From the IMG/VR virus record IMGVR_UViG_3300045988_082442, positions 32,001 through 96,000 of that record: a DNA stretch of 64,000 nt; one strand, 5' to 3'. The notes below the pieces were generated by a model, which did not search any database, was not told where the DNA came from, and saw only the letters and a list, made by a program, of their open reading frames with translations. The position numbers and the translations under genes are program-made. Below are positions 56,386-64,000 of the stretch, in pieces. The stretch's first letter is position 1, and each line of letters starts with the position of its first letter. This DNA is from a virus.

Positions 56386-56519
56386 ATGTGTAGGGTAAGA
56401 CATAAATTTAAGAATTTTGTTTAAAATCCTGGATTTGAGAACCTACCCTTACATAAATATTTGAAAAATGAAACTGCAGAAGTAGATAGAGTTTTTATTA
56501 TAAAATTCTATCTATTTTT
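56386..56519 (+). ncRNA. candidate approx. 130-nt small RNA (promoter-to-terminator unit without an ORF)
   Basis: It lies between the promoter at 56356 and the terminator at 56483. A 5' helix forms between 56386-56399 and 56443-56455. There is no RBS or ORF. Confidence 0.35.
56483..56519 (+). terminator. rho-independent terminator
   Basis: Stem TAGATAGA/TCTATCTA with a 16-nt loop, followed by TTTTT. Confidence 0.6.
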
Positions 56520-56528
56520 GCTTTCATC

Positions 56529-56570
56529 TTTGTAATAATTTTGTAATAATTTTGTAACATAAATGTAATA
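56529..56570 (+). repeat. four TGTAAYA boxes phased at 11 bp
   Basis: TTTGTAATAAT twice, then TTTGTAACATA and AATGTAATATA. They lie just upstream of the -35 box at 56591. Confidence 0.7.
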
Positions 56571-56590
56571 TAAAACTTTTGGAAAAATTA

Positions 56591-56619
56591 TTGACAAATT
56601 TTAAAATTATATATAAAAT
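56591..56619 (+). promoter_or_regulatory. sigma-A/70-like promoter
   Basis: TTGACA, a 17-nt spacer, then TAAAAT. The spacer resembles that of the GCTTGACA-class promoters. Confidence 0.6.
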
Positions 56620-56673
56620 AATTCCAGTTTCAAATTTTAAAAATTTAATATTTATGTAAGGGAGGTTTTCACT

Positions 56674-57690
56674 ATGGCAAGTAATCAAATGCCTGTTGCT
56701 GAAAAAGCACGATTAATCTCTGAAACTTTCACTGTTCCACAAATGGACATTGAAAGATTAGGAAGAAAGGAGATAGAAAACTGTACTACTCTTGAAGCAT
56801 ATATAAAGGAAGGCAATTCTCATATACCATTTGAAATGGTTAGAGAAATACAAAAGAAAGAAGTAGCAGATTGCTCAACATTAGAATTAAAAATAAGATA
56901 TAATGATGAGAATTTGGGTAAGTTACCTGATTGGTTTGATTATAGTCTTATTGATGATATTATATGGAAAGCAGTTAATTTTTCTTGGACTGGACAACTA
57001 GAACCAAATTATAGCAGGGAAGACATACATAGTGCTTGTTGGGAGCACTTATTGTTAAAGTCAAAGGAAATAACAAAGGTAGGAGAACAAGATTATATAA
57101 AGTTTTCCAAACATTTAATAAAATGGCATATTAGTAACTTTTATTGTTACAATAAGAAACATAGTAAATACATAAACTTTAATATGGAAATACCATCAGA
57201 TGACGAATATAGTTGTTATACAGGAAGAGATGGTGTAAACAGACTACCAGAAGTATTTTATAACTTAAATGAGTCTGACGAAGAGATTAGAAAAAGTACA
57301 AAATCAGTATTTTATCTTGATACAACAAAAACAGTAAAATCTGCACAAGTTGAAAATAAGATATTAGATACCCTAGAAGAGGAAATGGATATGTTAAATA
57401 CCATAAAATCTATAAGTGATATAACAACAAGAGACTTATTAAGTATTACAGCTTACATATTAGCAGGTTTAGATAGTTTTAAAGGTTTATATCAAGAAGC
57501 AGTTTCAAGAATGACATCAGACAGAAGAACAAAATTCCTTGAAATTATTGAAGGAAAAGGTGGTAAAAAAGCTGATTTTAAAAAGATATTAAAGTTATTT
57601 GTAGGTAAAGAGTCAGGTACATATTTAGAGCAGATAAGTGATTGCTTGCAAAAGATGATGATAAACCCAGGTTTATTGGCAGAAGTTTAA
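56674..57690 (+). CDS. hypothetical protein, possibly a divergent sigma-like factor
   Basis: 338-aa ORF with a strong GGGAGG RBS. It has only weak region-2-like (WEHLLLK..KWHISNF) and C-terminal HTH-like patterns. It is adjacent to a clear sigma gene. Confidence 0.6.
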   Translation: MASNQMPVAEKARLISETFTVPQMDIERLGRKEIENCTTLEAYIKEGNSHIPFEMVREIQKKEVADCSTLELKIRYNDENLGKLPDWFDYSLIDDIIWKAVNFSWTGQLEPNYSREDIHSACWEHLLLKSKEITKVGEQDYIKFSKHLIKWHISNFYCYNKKHSKYINFNMEIPSDDEYSCYTGRDGVNRLPEVFYNLNESDEEIRKSTKSVFYLDTTKTVKSAQVENKILDTLEEEMDMLNTIKSISDITTRDLLSITAYILAGLDSFKGLYQEAVSRMTSDRRTKFLEIIEGKGGKKADFKKILKLFVGKESGTYLEQISDCLQKMMINPGLLAEV

Positions 57691-57713
57691 AGAATTTATA
57701 TAAAAATTACATC

Positions 57714-57728
57714 AAAAGATGTTATAAT
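57714..57728 (+). promoter_or_regulatory. extended -10 promoter cassette (AAAAGATGTTATAAT)
   Basis: Exact copy of the consensus. Confidence 0.6.
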
Positions 57729-57810
57729 ATATAGATAGATGTTCTGATTACAAGATTGCTATATAACGAGAGAAACATCATGTGCATAGTATATGAGTGG
57801 AGGTATTGTT

Positions 57811-58464
57811 ATGAGTAATCCAGATGAAGAAAGTAGTAAACAAAATAACAATCTAGAGCTAACACATGATGAAGCTTTAGAGTTGTTTGAAAAGAATAAG
57901 GGATTGGCAGAGAGTTTTGCTAGAAAATATTATAAAACAGGTTATTGGGAATTTGACCATGCCTTACAGATAGCTTATGAGGGACTATGGAGGGCTTGTA
58001 TGCACTTTAAGCCTTCCAAAGGGTTCCAGTTATCAACATTGGCTTGGAGAATAATGACCAATAGGTTTATAGAAGAACAAAAGGAAATAGACCGTCAACC
58101 AAAGATATTATTTAGCGTTGATGAATTTTCAGTTGAAGATGGTTTTGATGAGGGAAATTTACCCTTAACATTAATGGATGTTTTAGAGGATGATGCAAGT
58201 AGTGTTGACCAATTAGTAGAAGCAGATAGCTTGAGAGAATTAAAACAAGATATAGTGTATATATTAGATGATATTGCAGATGAGCTAAAGGTTTCTAAAA
58301 GGGTTGTAAAGACAGCTTATATGTGTTTAAATGAACAGATGTTATATAAGAATGCAGAGACAAAACAGGAAATAAACGCATTGTCAAAATTAGTTGGTAC
58401 ATCATTAATAAGAAAAGTTAAAACAATGCTTCAAGAAAAGTTATCAGATTTAGACTATAACTAA
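57811..58464 (+). CDS. sigma-70 family RNA polymerase sigma factor
   Basis: The region 2 pattern is LAESFARKYY..ALQIAYEGLWRACMHFKPSKGFQLSTLAWRIMTNRFIE. There is a region-4-like C-terminus. I chose the start at 57811 after GGAGG. Confidence 0.8.
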   Translation: MSNPDEESSKQNNNLELTHDEALELFEKNKGLAESFARKYYKTGYWEFDHALQIAYEGLWRACMHFKPSKGFQLSTLAWRIMTNRFIEEQKEIDRQPKILFSVDEFSVEDGFDEGNLPLTLMDVLEDDASSVDQLVEADSLRELKQDIVYILDDIADELKVSKRVVKTAYMCLNEQMLYKNAETKQEINALSKLVGTSLIRKVKTMLQEKLSDLDYN

Positions 58465-58469
58465 TCTAT

Positions 58470-58486
58470 AAAAGATGTTTATATAT
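58470..58486 (+). promoter_or_regulatory. promoter cassette variant (AAAAGATGTTTATATAT)
   Basis: Recurrent motif with a 1-nt insertion. Confidence 0.45.
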
Positions 58487-58520
58487 CTGTAATATATAAT
58501 TGAAAGGTGGTATAATTTTT

Positions 58521-59150
58521 ATGGACTTAAAAGAGACTAAAAAGAAATATGAGGATGAAATAGCTAGGCTAACATCAATAGCACAAACATTAGAAAAGCA
58601 ATATCAAGGAAAATACAATGAGATTAAGAAAGCTGAAAATGATTTACTAAATGAATTTAATACTGAATTACAGAAAATAACTATTGGTATTGAAAGATTA
58701 AGAGGTGCTTATACAGCATTATGTGATGTTGAGGATGATAAAGAACCAACATTAGTAGAAAATGGAATGCTAAAAGATTATGAAGTTATTGACGAAGAGG
58801 ATTCTGAAAATGAAGAAGATGTTAATATAAATGAACAAGATGAGGAAACAGTTGAATCAGAGTTACCAGATGAAAGCATAGACAATGTAGAAAGCGAAGA
58901 AGAGAAACTAGACGAGTTAAAGCATAAAGCAGACAAATTAGTTAAAGAAGCCAAGGAATCTGGTAAAGTAACATCTTATGAAGATTTTTCTAAATCAGAA
59001 TTAGCAAAAGAAACAGCATTGTCAGAAGAAGAAATTGAGGCATTAAAAGCTGTTACAGAAAATGAATCAAAACCAGTTGAAAAACCAGTAAAAGAAGTAA
59101 ATATGGATGATGTACCAGATTATTTAAAGGACCAATATACTAATAAATAG
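58521..59150 (+). CDS. acidic coiled-coil protein
   Basis: I chose the ATG at 58521 after AAGGTGG. The central region is rich in Glu and Asp. Confidence 0.65.
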   Translation: MDLKETKKKYEDEIARLTSIAQTLEKQYQGKYNEIKKAENDLLNEFNTELQKITIGIERLRGAYTALCDVEDDKEPTLVENGMLKDYEVIDEEDSENEEDVNINEQDEETVESELPDESIDNVESEEEKLDELKHKADKLVKEAKESGKVTSYEDFSKSELAKETALSEEEIEALKAVTENESKPVEKPVKEVNMDDVPDYLKDQYTNK

Positions 59151-59161
59151 GGGTGTTTTAA

Positions 59162-59707
59162 ATGGAAGTAAGTGTTGATAACTGGAAACATAATATTGAA
59201 GGGATTATATTAAATATAAAACCAGAATTAGAATTAACAATATTATTAAAGAAATTTGATGGTATAACATTTGAGGGAAGAACACCTATTGATGGTGATA
59301 GAGAGAAAGCTATTGATGAAATGTGTAAGGTATTAGATAAACTAGAATTAGTACCTTATCAAATAGAAAGGCATAAAGAAGTATCAAATGCCTATATAGT
59401 TCAGTTTCCAGAATTAGATGTTATATATAGTAATGATGAGAAGATTCATAAGTATAAAATGATATTCAAGTTTTTATTGGATAACATTAATCAAAATAGA
59501 GAAGAACCTGTTTCAAAGAGTTCTGTATTAGAAAGTATGGATATTTATATCAAACAGACAATTCAAGCATTTGCAAGAGGTGATATAAATAGATATAAAT
59601 TGTCTGAAAAAGATTTACTAAATGATATGGAATATAGAAAGCATCTTGAAACACTATTTATAAATTATGTAGATGAATATTTTAAAAACAAGGTTCTAGC
59701 AGAATAA
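59162..59707 (+). CDS. hypothetical protein
   Basis: ORF with a GGGGTG RBS. Confidence 0.65.
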   Translation: MEVSVDNWKHNIEGIILNIKPELELTILLKKFDGITFEGRTPIDGDREKAIDEMCKVLDKLELVPYQIERHKEVSNAYIVQFPELDVIYSNDEKIHKYKMIFKFLLDNINQNREEPVSKSSVLESMDIYIKQTIQAFARGDINRYKLSEKDLLNDMEYRKHLETLFINYVDEYFKNKVLAE

Positions 59708-59719
59708 AGGTGGTTATTT

Positions 59720-59944
59720 ATGAAAGCATTAGATATATGGATTATATGGGAGATAGTAATAATCTTATTAGTAGTTATTATATATTTCTTATATAAGTTA
59801 TACAAAAGGCACAAAGACAAAAATAAAGTAAAAACTGTACTAGACTATTTACAATATAAAACAGGAAATATAGAAGTTGAAAAACTACAAAAGATACTAG
59901 GAGTGAATAAAAATGAAAGTAAGAGTAAGAATAAACAAAAGTAG
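59720..59944 (+). CDS. small membrane protein
   Basis: TM helix IWIIWEIVIILLVVIIYFLY followed by a basic tail. Confidence 0.55.
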   Translation: MKALDIWIIWEIVIILLVVIIYFLYKLYKRHKDKNKVKTVLDYLQYKTGNIEVEKLQKILGVNKNESKSKNKQK

Positions 59945-60107
59945 AGTAGATGCTTATATTCTTGAGTGTAATCACATACCAAGATATAAAGAGTTTATAG
60001 ACGTAGCAGATAGAAGATATAGAGTAGAATATGTGGTACATAATGTTGAAGAAGTATTGCAAAATGAAATAACAGATGTTATAATATATGTATCAGAAAT
60101 TTATTAG
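59913..60107 (+). CDS. hypothetical protein
   Basis: ORF with a TAGGAG RBS. Confidence 0.5.
   Translation: MKVRVRINKSRVDAYILECNHIPRYKEFIDVADRRYRVEYVVHNVEEVLQNEITDVIIYVSEIY
60070..60084 (+). promoter_or_regulatory. promoter cassette (TAACAGATGTTATAAT) inside the 3' end of a gene, facing an ORF-free region
   Basis: GATGTTATAAT core. The next 530 nt downstream have no credible ORF. Confidence 0.45.
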
Positions 60108-60117
60108 TTAAATTATA

Positions 60118-60523
60118 TGGCAAAAGAAGTTCCTATTATATAAAAGAAAGATTGGTTATCTATTATATACTTCTCGCCTATAATATATAATATGGGGTTG
60201 ACAAAAGAAGTTCCTATTAATATCAAATGGCTTCACGCCATTCCACAGAACACAATGTTGAGTACACTGTACTTGATTTATTCAAGTATTAGAGTACGAA
60301 TACTTCTCGCCACCCTTACAATAAAGATAATACTGTATTCTGGTGAATTCCAGTATGTATTAGTACACATTCTAAAGTATTTTGTGTATGATGAAGTACA
60401 GATAGTTGAAGCCAGAGGATGACAAAGTAGAGTTCCTATTAAGTTATTTTGGAAAATTTATCAGGAATATCTGTCAGTGCCTGTAATTAGGATACTGTAT
60501 GATATTCAAAATTTACTCTCCGT
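60118..60523 (+). repeat. three direct units, each with an A box (GACAAAAGAAGTTCCTATTA-like) and a downstream B box (ATACTTCTCGCC-like)
   Basis: A boxes are at 60118-60138, 60197-60220 and 60417-60442. B boxes are at 60166-60177, 60299-60310 and 60512-60523. Confidence 0.65.
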
Positions 60524-60598
60524 CGTTGTATTATTCTTGAGTGCTATTATAGATAGAGCCAGCTTGTATTGATTTATGGGTTGGTTCTTTCTTTTATA

Positions 60599-60615
60599 TA
60601 AAAAGATGTTATAAA
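60599..60615 (+). promoter_or_regulatory. promoter cassette (AAAAAGATGTTATAAAT)
   Basis: Recurrent motif, 20 nt upstream of the ATG at 60636. Confidence 0.6.
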
Positions 60616-60635
60616 TATTAGAAAGGTACATAGAT

Positions 60636-60839
60636 ATGAGAGAATTAGGTAGAATACCAAACATAATAGATAAATTAGAAGCAGTGTGGATAAATAAACC
60701 AGATTTAAGGTTAGGTCAATTACTTGTAAATATGGCACCACAAAGACTTAATAATGATATTTATTATTGGGAAGATAGTGATTTAGAAAAGCAATTAGAT
60801 ACAATAATTGAGAATATTATAAATAAGGAGGGTAAATAA
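60636..60839 (+). CDS. hypothetical protein
   Basis: ORF with an AAAGG RBS. Confidence 0.6.
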   Translation: MRELGRIPNIIDKLEAVWINKPDLRLGQLLVNMAPQRLNNDIYYWEDSDLEKQLDTIIENIINKEGK

Positions 60840-60840
60840 T

Positions 60841-61191
60841 ATGGCTTTATATGGATATGTAGAAGGAAGAGATGACGGTTTAGGAGTACCAGATAATGTT
60901 ATTTTAAGATGCTCATGTGTAGATAGATGTGAGATTGAAGTTGAAAAACAAAAGGGGGAAGTAATAGAAAAACAAGGTGATACAGAAGCAAGATTACCAG
61001 ATGAATATTATATAACCTTTAAATCAAAAGCATACTATAACACATTAAATATGATAGATGCATTAAAGATTAAGTTAAAAAAGATTTGGTGTATCATAAG
61101 AGGAAAAGATTATACATATTATGATATTGAAGTACAGTCAGAAGCAATGAAGAAATTTGTTAAGGGCTTAGAAGAGTTGTTAAAGAATTAG
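60841..61191 (+). CDS. hypothetical protein
   Basis: ORF with an AAGGAGGG RBS. Confidence 0.6.
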   Translation: MALYGYVEGRDDGLGVPDNVILRCSCVDRCEIEVEKQKGEVIEKQGDTEARLPDEYYITFKSKAYYNTLNMIDALKIKLKKIWCIIRGKDYTYYDIEVQSEAMKKFVKGLEELLKN

Positions 61192-61194
61192 GAG

Positions 61195-61686
61195 TTGTTG
61201 AATGTGTCAAATGAATATTATATTTTAAAATGTCCGTTTTGTGATGATGATATTACTTCTGTAATGGAAAGCCCAGATGCAAAGGTTACATGTCCAAAGT
61301 GTAATAAGGAACTAAATTTATACACAGTATTTGGATATAATATGTGGTTAGTTGAAAATAATAAAATTACAAAAGTCAGTAAAAGACCAATTAAAGATAT
61401 TAAGATAAAAAATAAAAACTATGGAAATATAAAGACAGAAGAATGGGAAGATGGAAATTCAAGACATATCAAGTTTATAGTTTCATCTGATGAAGATACT
61501 GATGATTATAAAGAAACAGATAATTTTGAGGAATCTGATGGAGAACCAAAGACCTATGAAGATTTATTATTATTTAATGCTGCAATTTGTCATAAACAAT
61601 ATGACTTTTTAGTTCAGGCAGGGTTTAAAGAAAAGGATGCTCTTGATATGGTTAAGAAACTAATTGACCAAGGGTTTATATTATAG
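61195..61686 (+). CDS. zinc-ribbon protein (non-ATG start: TTG 61195 or GTG 61204)
   Basis: Contains CPFCDD..CPKCN. A TAGGAG RBS lies upstream. Confidence 0.55.
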   Translation: MLNVSNEYYILKCPFCDDDITSVMESPDAKVTCPKCNKELNLYTVFGYNMWLVENNKITKVSKRPIKDIKIKNKNYGNIKTEEWEDGNSRHIKFIVSSDEDTDDYKETDNFEESDGEPKTYEDLLLFNAAICHKQYDFLVQAGFKEKDALDMVKKLIDQGFIL

Positions 61687-61698
61687 GGGGGTAGAATT

Positions 61699-63861
61699 AT
61701 GTCAGTATCTCATAAGCAAATACATAATACAAGAATTACAAAAATTATGATAGGGGGTAGAATTATGTCAGTATATTATAAAGAAGTATTAAGATTATTT
61801 AAAGGTGTTCTTACAGATGAACATATTAATGAAATACCAGATGAGGAAGCATTAAAGTATGGTGTCTATATATTTAAAGATTTCCCAGAAGAAGTGAAAA
61901 AAGAAGCCATAAAACAATATGGTAGAAATGGGGAAGAAGCTAATCAAACATTTCATAAGTCATTATTTAAAGTTGCAAAAGCAGATGAAATACAGCTATA
62001 TTTTGAACAATTAGTTCACTATTTAACAACTTATGGAGCAGAGCAATTAGGTATTTATGATTCTGATACTGTGTTTATTCCAAAAGAAAAGTTAGAGATA
62101 CCAGAATTATTAGAAGATACAAAGCTAGTAGTAATAAAACCAATTACAGAATCTGAATTAAGGGATAGAATAAAAGAAATGATTACATCTAATATTGCAT
62201 TGTCAAAGCAAACAGTAAAGGACATTGTTGCTTTAAGTGATTATATAGATGTAAAAGAATATTCAGAGGGTGATAATTATCTATGTAAGATACAAAATAA
62301 AGAGGTTAGGTCAGCATTATATGGTAAGTTTGGTATATTACCTAAAAGGGGTGACGAGTTTTTAAGATATTTTATTGCTAAGAAATGTGATACTACATTA
62401 TTGATTAAGAGCAAGGAACTAGAAAGAGAAATTAGTTGGGTATCCCCAGCTGAGACATTAGAATTATTAAAAAGGTATAAAGAACAATATGGATTAGAGA
62501 ATCTTTCAAAAGTATTTAATAGGTTTAAACCATTATTCCTATCAATGAAATCACACCCAAAGGATACAATAGCACAATATTATAGAAAAGAAGATTTAGA
62601 TTGTATGGCAGAATTAAATAAATATATCAACTACATATCTAAATCTAGTAAGAAGTATCATACACCTATGAGAGATAATGATTTAAACAAATTTGTAGAA
62701 TGGGTTGGCTCATTAGATAGCTCTGATACTAATGCTTATAAGAAAGCAATTTATGAGAAATTTGATAATGCAGGGATTTACACAGCTATTAGAATATTGA
62801 ATTATCTTAAAAGAGAGAAATCATCAAAGTTAGATTTCAAACTTTATAAGGTTAGAAATGGTAAAATTTATGTTAAAGATAATACAGAAATAATTAGTTC
62901 TAATTTTACATTATTACAAATAATAGTAGAAAATTATATAGTTGAGCATATCAAACAAAATGTTAGTGGTAAGACAGTATATATTCCTGATGAGATTTCT
63001 TATAGATTACCTCAATCAGAAAAACAATATACAGGAAACATACCATTTGGTTCAGTAGTAACAGTTGACAAACAACCTTTGCTTGTTGGTATTCATTGGT
63101 GCAATGTGAAGTATGATGATTATGAACATAGAGTAGACTTAGATTTACATTTGACATCTAGTAACAGAAGTTATGGCTGGAATGCTGGTTACAGAAGTAG
63201 TAATAACTCTATTATATTTACTGGTGATAATACTGATGCACCTTTACCAAAAGGTTCCTCTGAATTTATGTATATAAGTAATGACGTTGCAGATAAATGT
63301 TTTGAATTAAAGATAAACAATTATACAAGAGATGTTGGACCAATTCCATACGAAATTATAATAGGTAAAGCAAATCCAAATGCTCATTATGCAGACAATA
63401 GAAATTTCATAATAGACCCTAATGATATTTTGGTTAAAATTCCAATGCAAATGGAATTAGGTCAGGCAGAACAAGTTGTTGGTATTATATCAATGCAAGA
63501 CACATCAATAGATTTGATAATGACTGATTTAGTAACATCTAATCAAAGGGTATCAAATAATAAAGAGTTTAGTCAAAAGATAAGAACATTTATACTAGAG
63601 CAATCAAGACTACAAATGGATTTGAAAAGAGCATTATTAATGTCTGGTGCTAATATAGTAGATAAACCATACACTGTAATAGAGGTACCTTATGTTTATA
63701 CATCTAATAATATTATGATTAGTAAAGAAATAGCAGATAAAGAAGGTATAGAGTATCTACCAGAAAATATTTATAGCAAAAAAGAGAAAGTACCAGTAGA
63801 TATAGATTTCAGCTTAGAATCTTTAACAAAGGATAGTTTTATAAAGTTATTAAAGAAATAG
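61699..63861 (+). CDS. large hypothetical protein (alternative in-frame start at 61765)
   Basis: 720-aa ORF. The RBS and ATG are duplicated 66 nt apart. No motif assigned. Confidence 0.75.
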   Translation: MSVSHKQIHNTRITKIMIGGRIMSVYYKEVLRLFKGVLTDEHINEIPDEEALKYGVYIFKDFPEEVKKEAIKQYGRNGEEANQTFHKSLFKVAKADEIQLYFEQLVHYLTTYGAEQLGIYDSDTVFIPKEKLEIPELLEDTKLVVIKPITESELRDRIKEMITSNIALSKQTVKDIVALSDYIDVKEYSEGDNYLCKIQNKEVRSALYGKFGILPKRGDEFLRYFIAKKCDTTLLIKSKELEREISWVSPAETLELLKRYKEQYGLENLSKVFNRFKPLFLSMKSHPKDTIAQYYRKEDLDCMAELNKYINYISKSSKKYHTPMRDNDLNKFVEWVGSLDSSDTNAYKKAIYEKFDNAGIYTAIRILNYLKREKSSKLDFKLYKVRNGKIYVKDNTEIISSNFTLLQIIVENYIVEHIKQNVSGKTVYIPDEISYRLPQSEKQYTGNIPFGSVVTVDKQPLLVGIHWCNVKYDDYEHRVDLDLHLTSSNRSYGWNAGYRSSNNSIIFTGDNTDAPLPKGSSEFMYISNDVADKCFELKINNYTRDVGPIPYEIIIGKANPNAHYADNRNFIIDPNDILVKIPMQMELGQAEQVVGIISMQDTSIDLIMTDLVTSNQRVSNNKEFSQKIRTFILEQSRLQMDLKRALLMSGANIVDKPYTVIEVPYVYTSNNIMISKEIADKEGIEYLPENIYSKKEKVPVDIDFSLESLTKDSFIKLLKK

Positions 63862-63870
63862 GTGATAATT

Positions 63871-64000
63871 ATGATGAAAAAGAAACCTGAAGTAGGAAGT
63901 TTTACAATAGTATCAAAGTACCCAAAGGGGCAGAAAGGAAATACCATATATCTTTTTAAATATCAAAGGGATAATAAGCCAAGGATATATGAGGCAAAAA
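63871..64000 (+). CDS. hypothetical protein (3' end outside window)
   Basis: The ATG follows AGGTGA. The ORF is open to the window edge. Confidence 0.5.
   Translation, partial: MMKKKPEVGSFTIVSKYPKGQKGNTIYLFKYQRDNKPRIYEAK

Noticed and set aside
60125-60218. GAAGTTCCTATTA (60125-60137 and 60206-60218) is 12/13 identical to the Flp recombinase FRT arm GAAGTTCCTATTC.
   Set aside because: There is no inverted partner arm with an 8-bp spacer. No tyrosine recombinase is present in the window. The third copy reads GAGTTCCTATTA. I treat this as a coincidental resemblance and report the motif as an unknown repeat instead.
60192-60422. 76-aa + strand ORF in the ORF-free region.
   Set aside because: There is no RBS before the ATG. 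It runs through the A/B repeat motifs and hairpins, and its hydrophobic, low-complexity product is typical of AT-rich non-coding DNA.

Overview
Strongly AT-rich, densely coding 64-kb segment. It reads as the nucleotide-metabolism and DNA replication/recombination region of a large virulent phage infecting a low-GC anaerobic host. Recognisable genes: anaerobic RNR NrdD (partial) and NrdG, ThyX, dUTPase, an intron-split serine hydroxymethyltransferase, MetK, a 5'-3' exonuclease (FEN), a DinG/XPD-like Fe-S helicase, Mre11/SbcD-like and Rad50/SbcC-like proteins, DnaB-type helicase, DnaG-type primase, an SSB candidate, an intron-split family-A DNA polymerase, a beta-clamp with clamp-loader subunits, RecA, two PD-(D/E)xK nucleases, GroES/GroEL, SpoVG, a MazF-like toxin and one or two sigma factors. 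Almost everything is on the + strand, except one leftward operon (3747-9568). No cas genes, tRNAs or rRNAs were recognised. Main observations: (1) an orphan mini-CRISPR array (four 36-nt repeats, three 30-nt spacers) between the helicase and primase genes; one spacer matches the phage's own dnaB gene at 27/30 positions. (2) Two group I introns, one with an HNH homing endonuclease in glyA and one ORF-less in polA, both with visible P/Q/R/S core elements. (3) Two tandem paralogous proteins with methyltransferase domains inserted between the sbcD-like and sbcC-like genes. (4) A recurrent C-terminal ..[LMYP]F tail on eight mostly DNA-metabolism proteins, next to a phage beta-clamp. (5) Three ORF-free regions carrying repeated motifs and candidate ncRNAs. 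(6) A promoter cassette, AAAGATGTTATAAT, reused about 13 times. All functional calls come from motifs read by eye; no database search was run.
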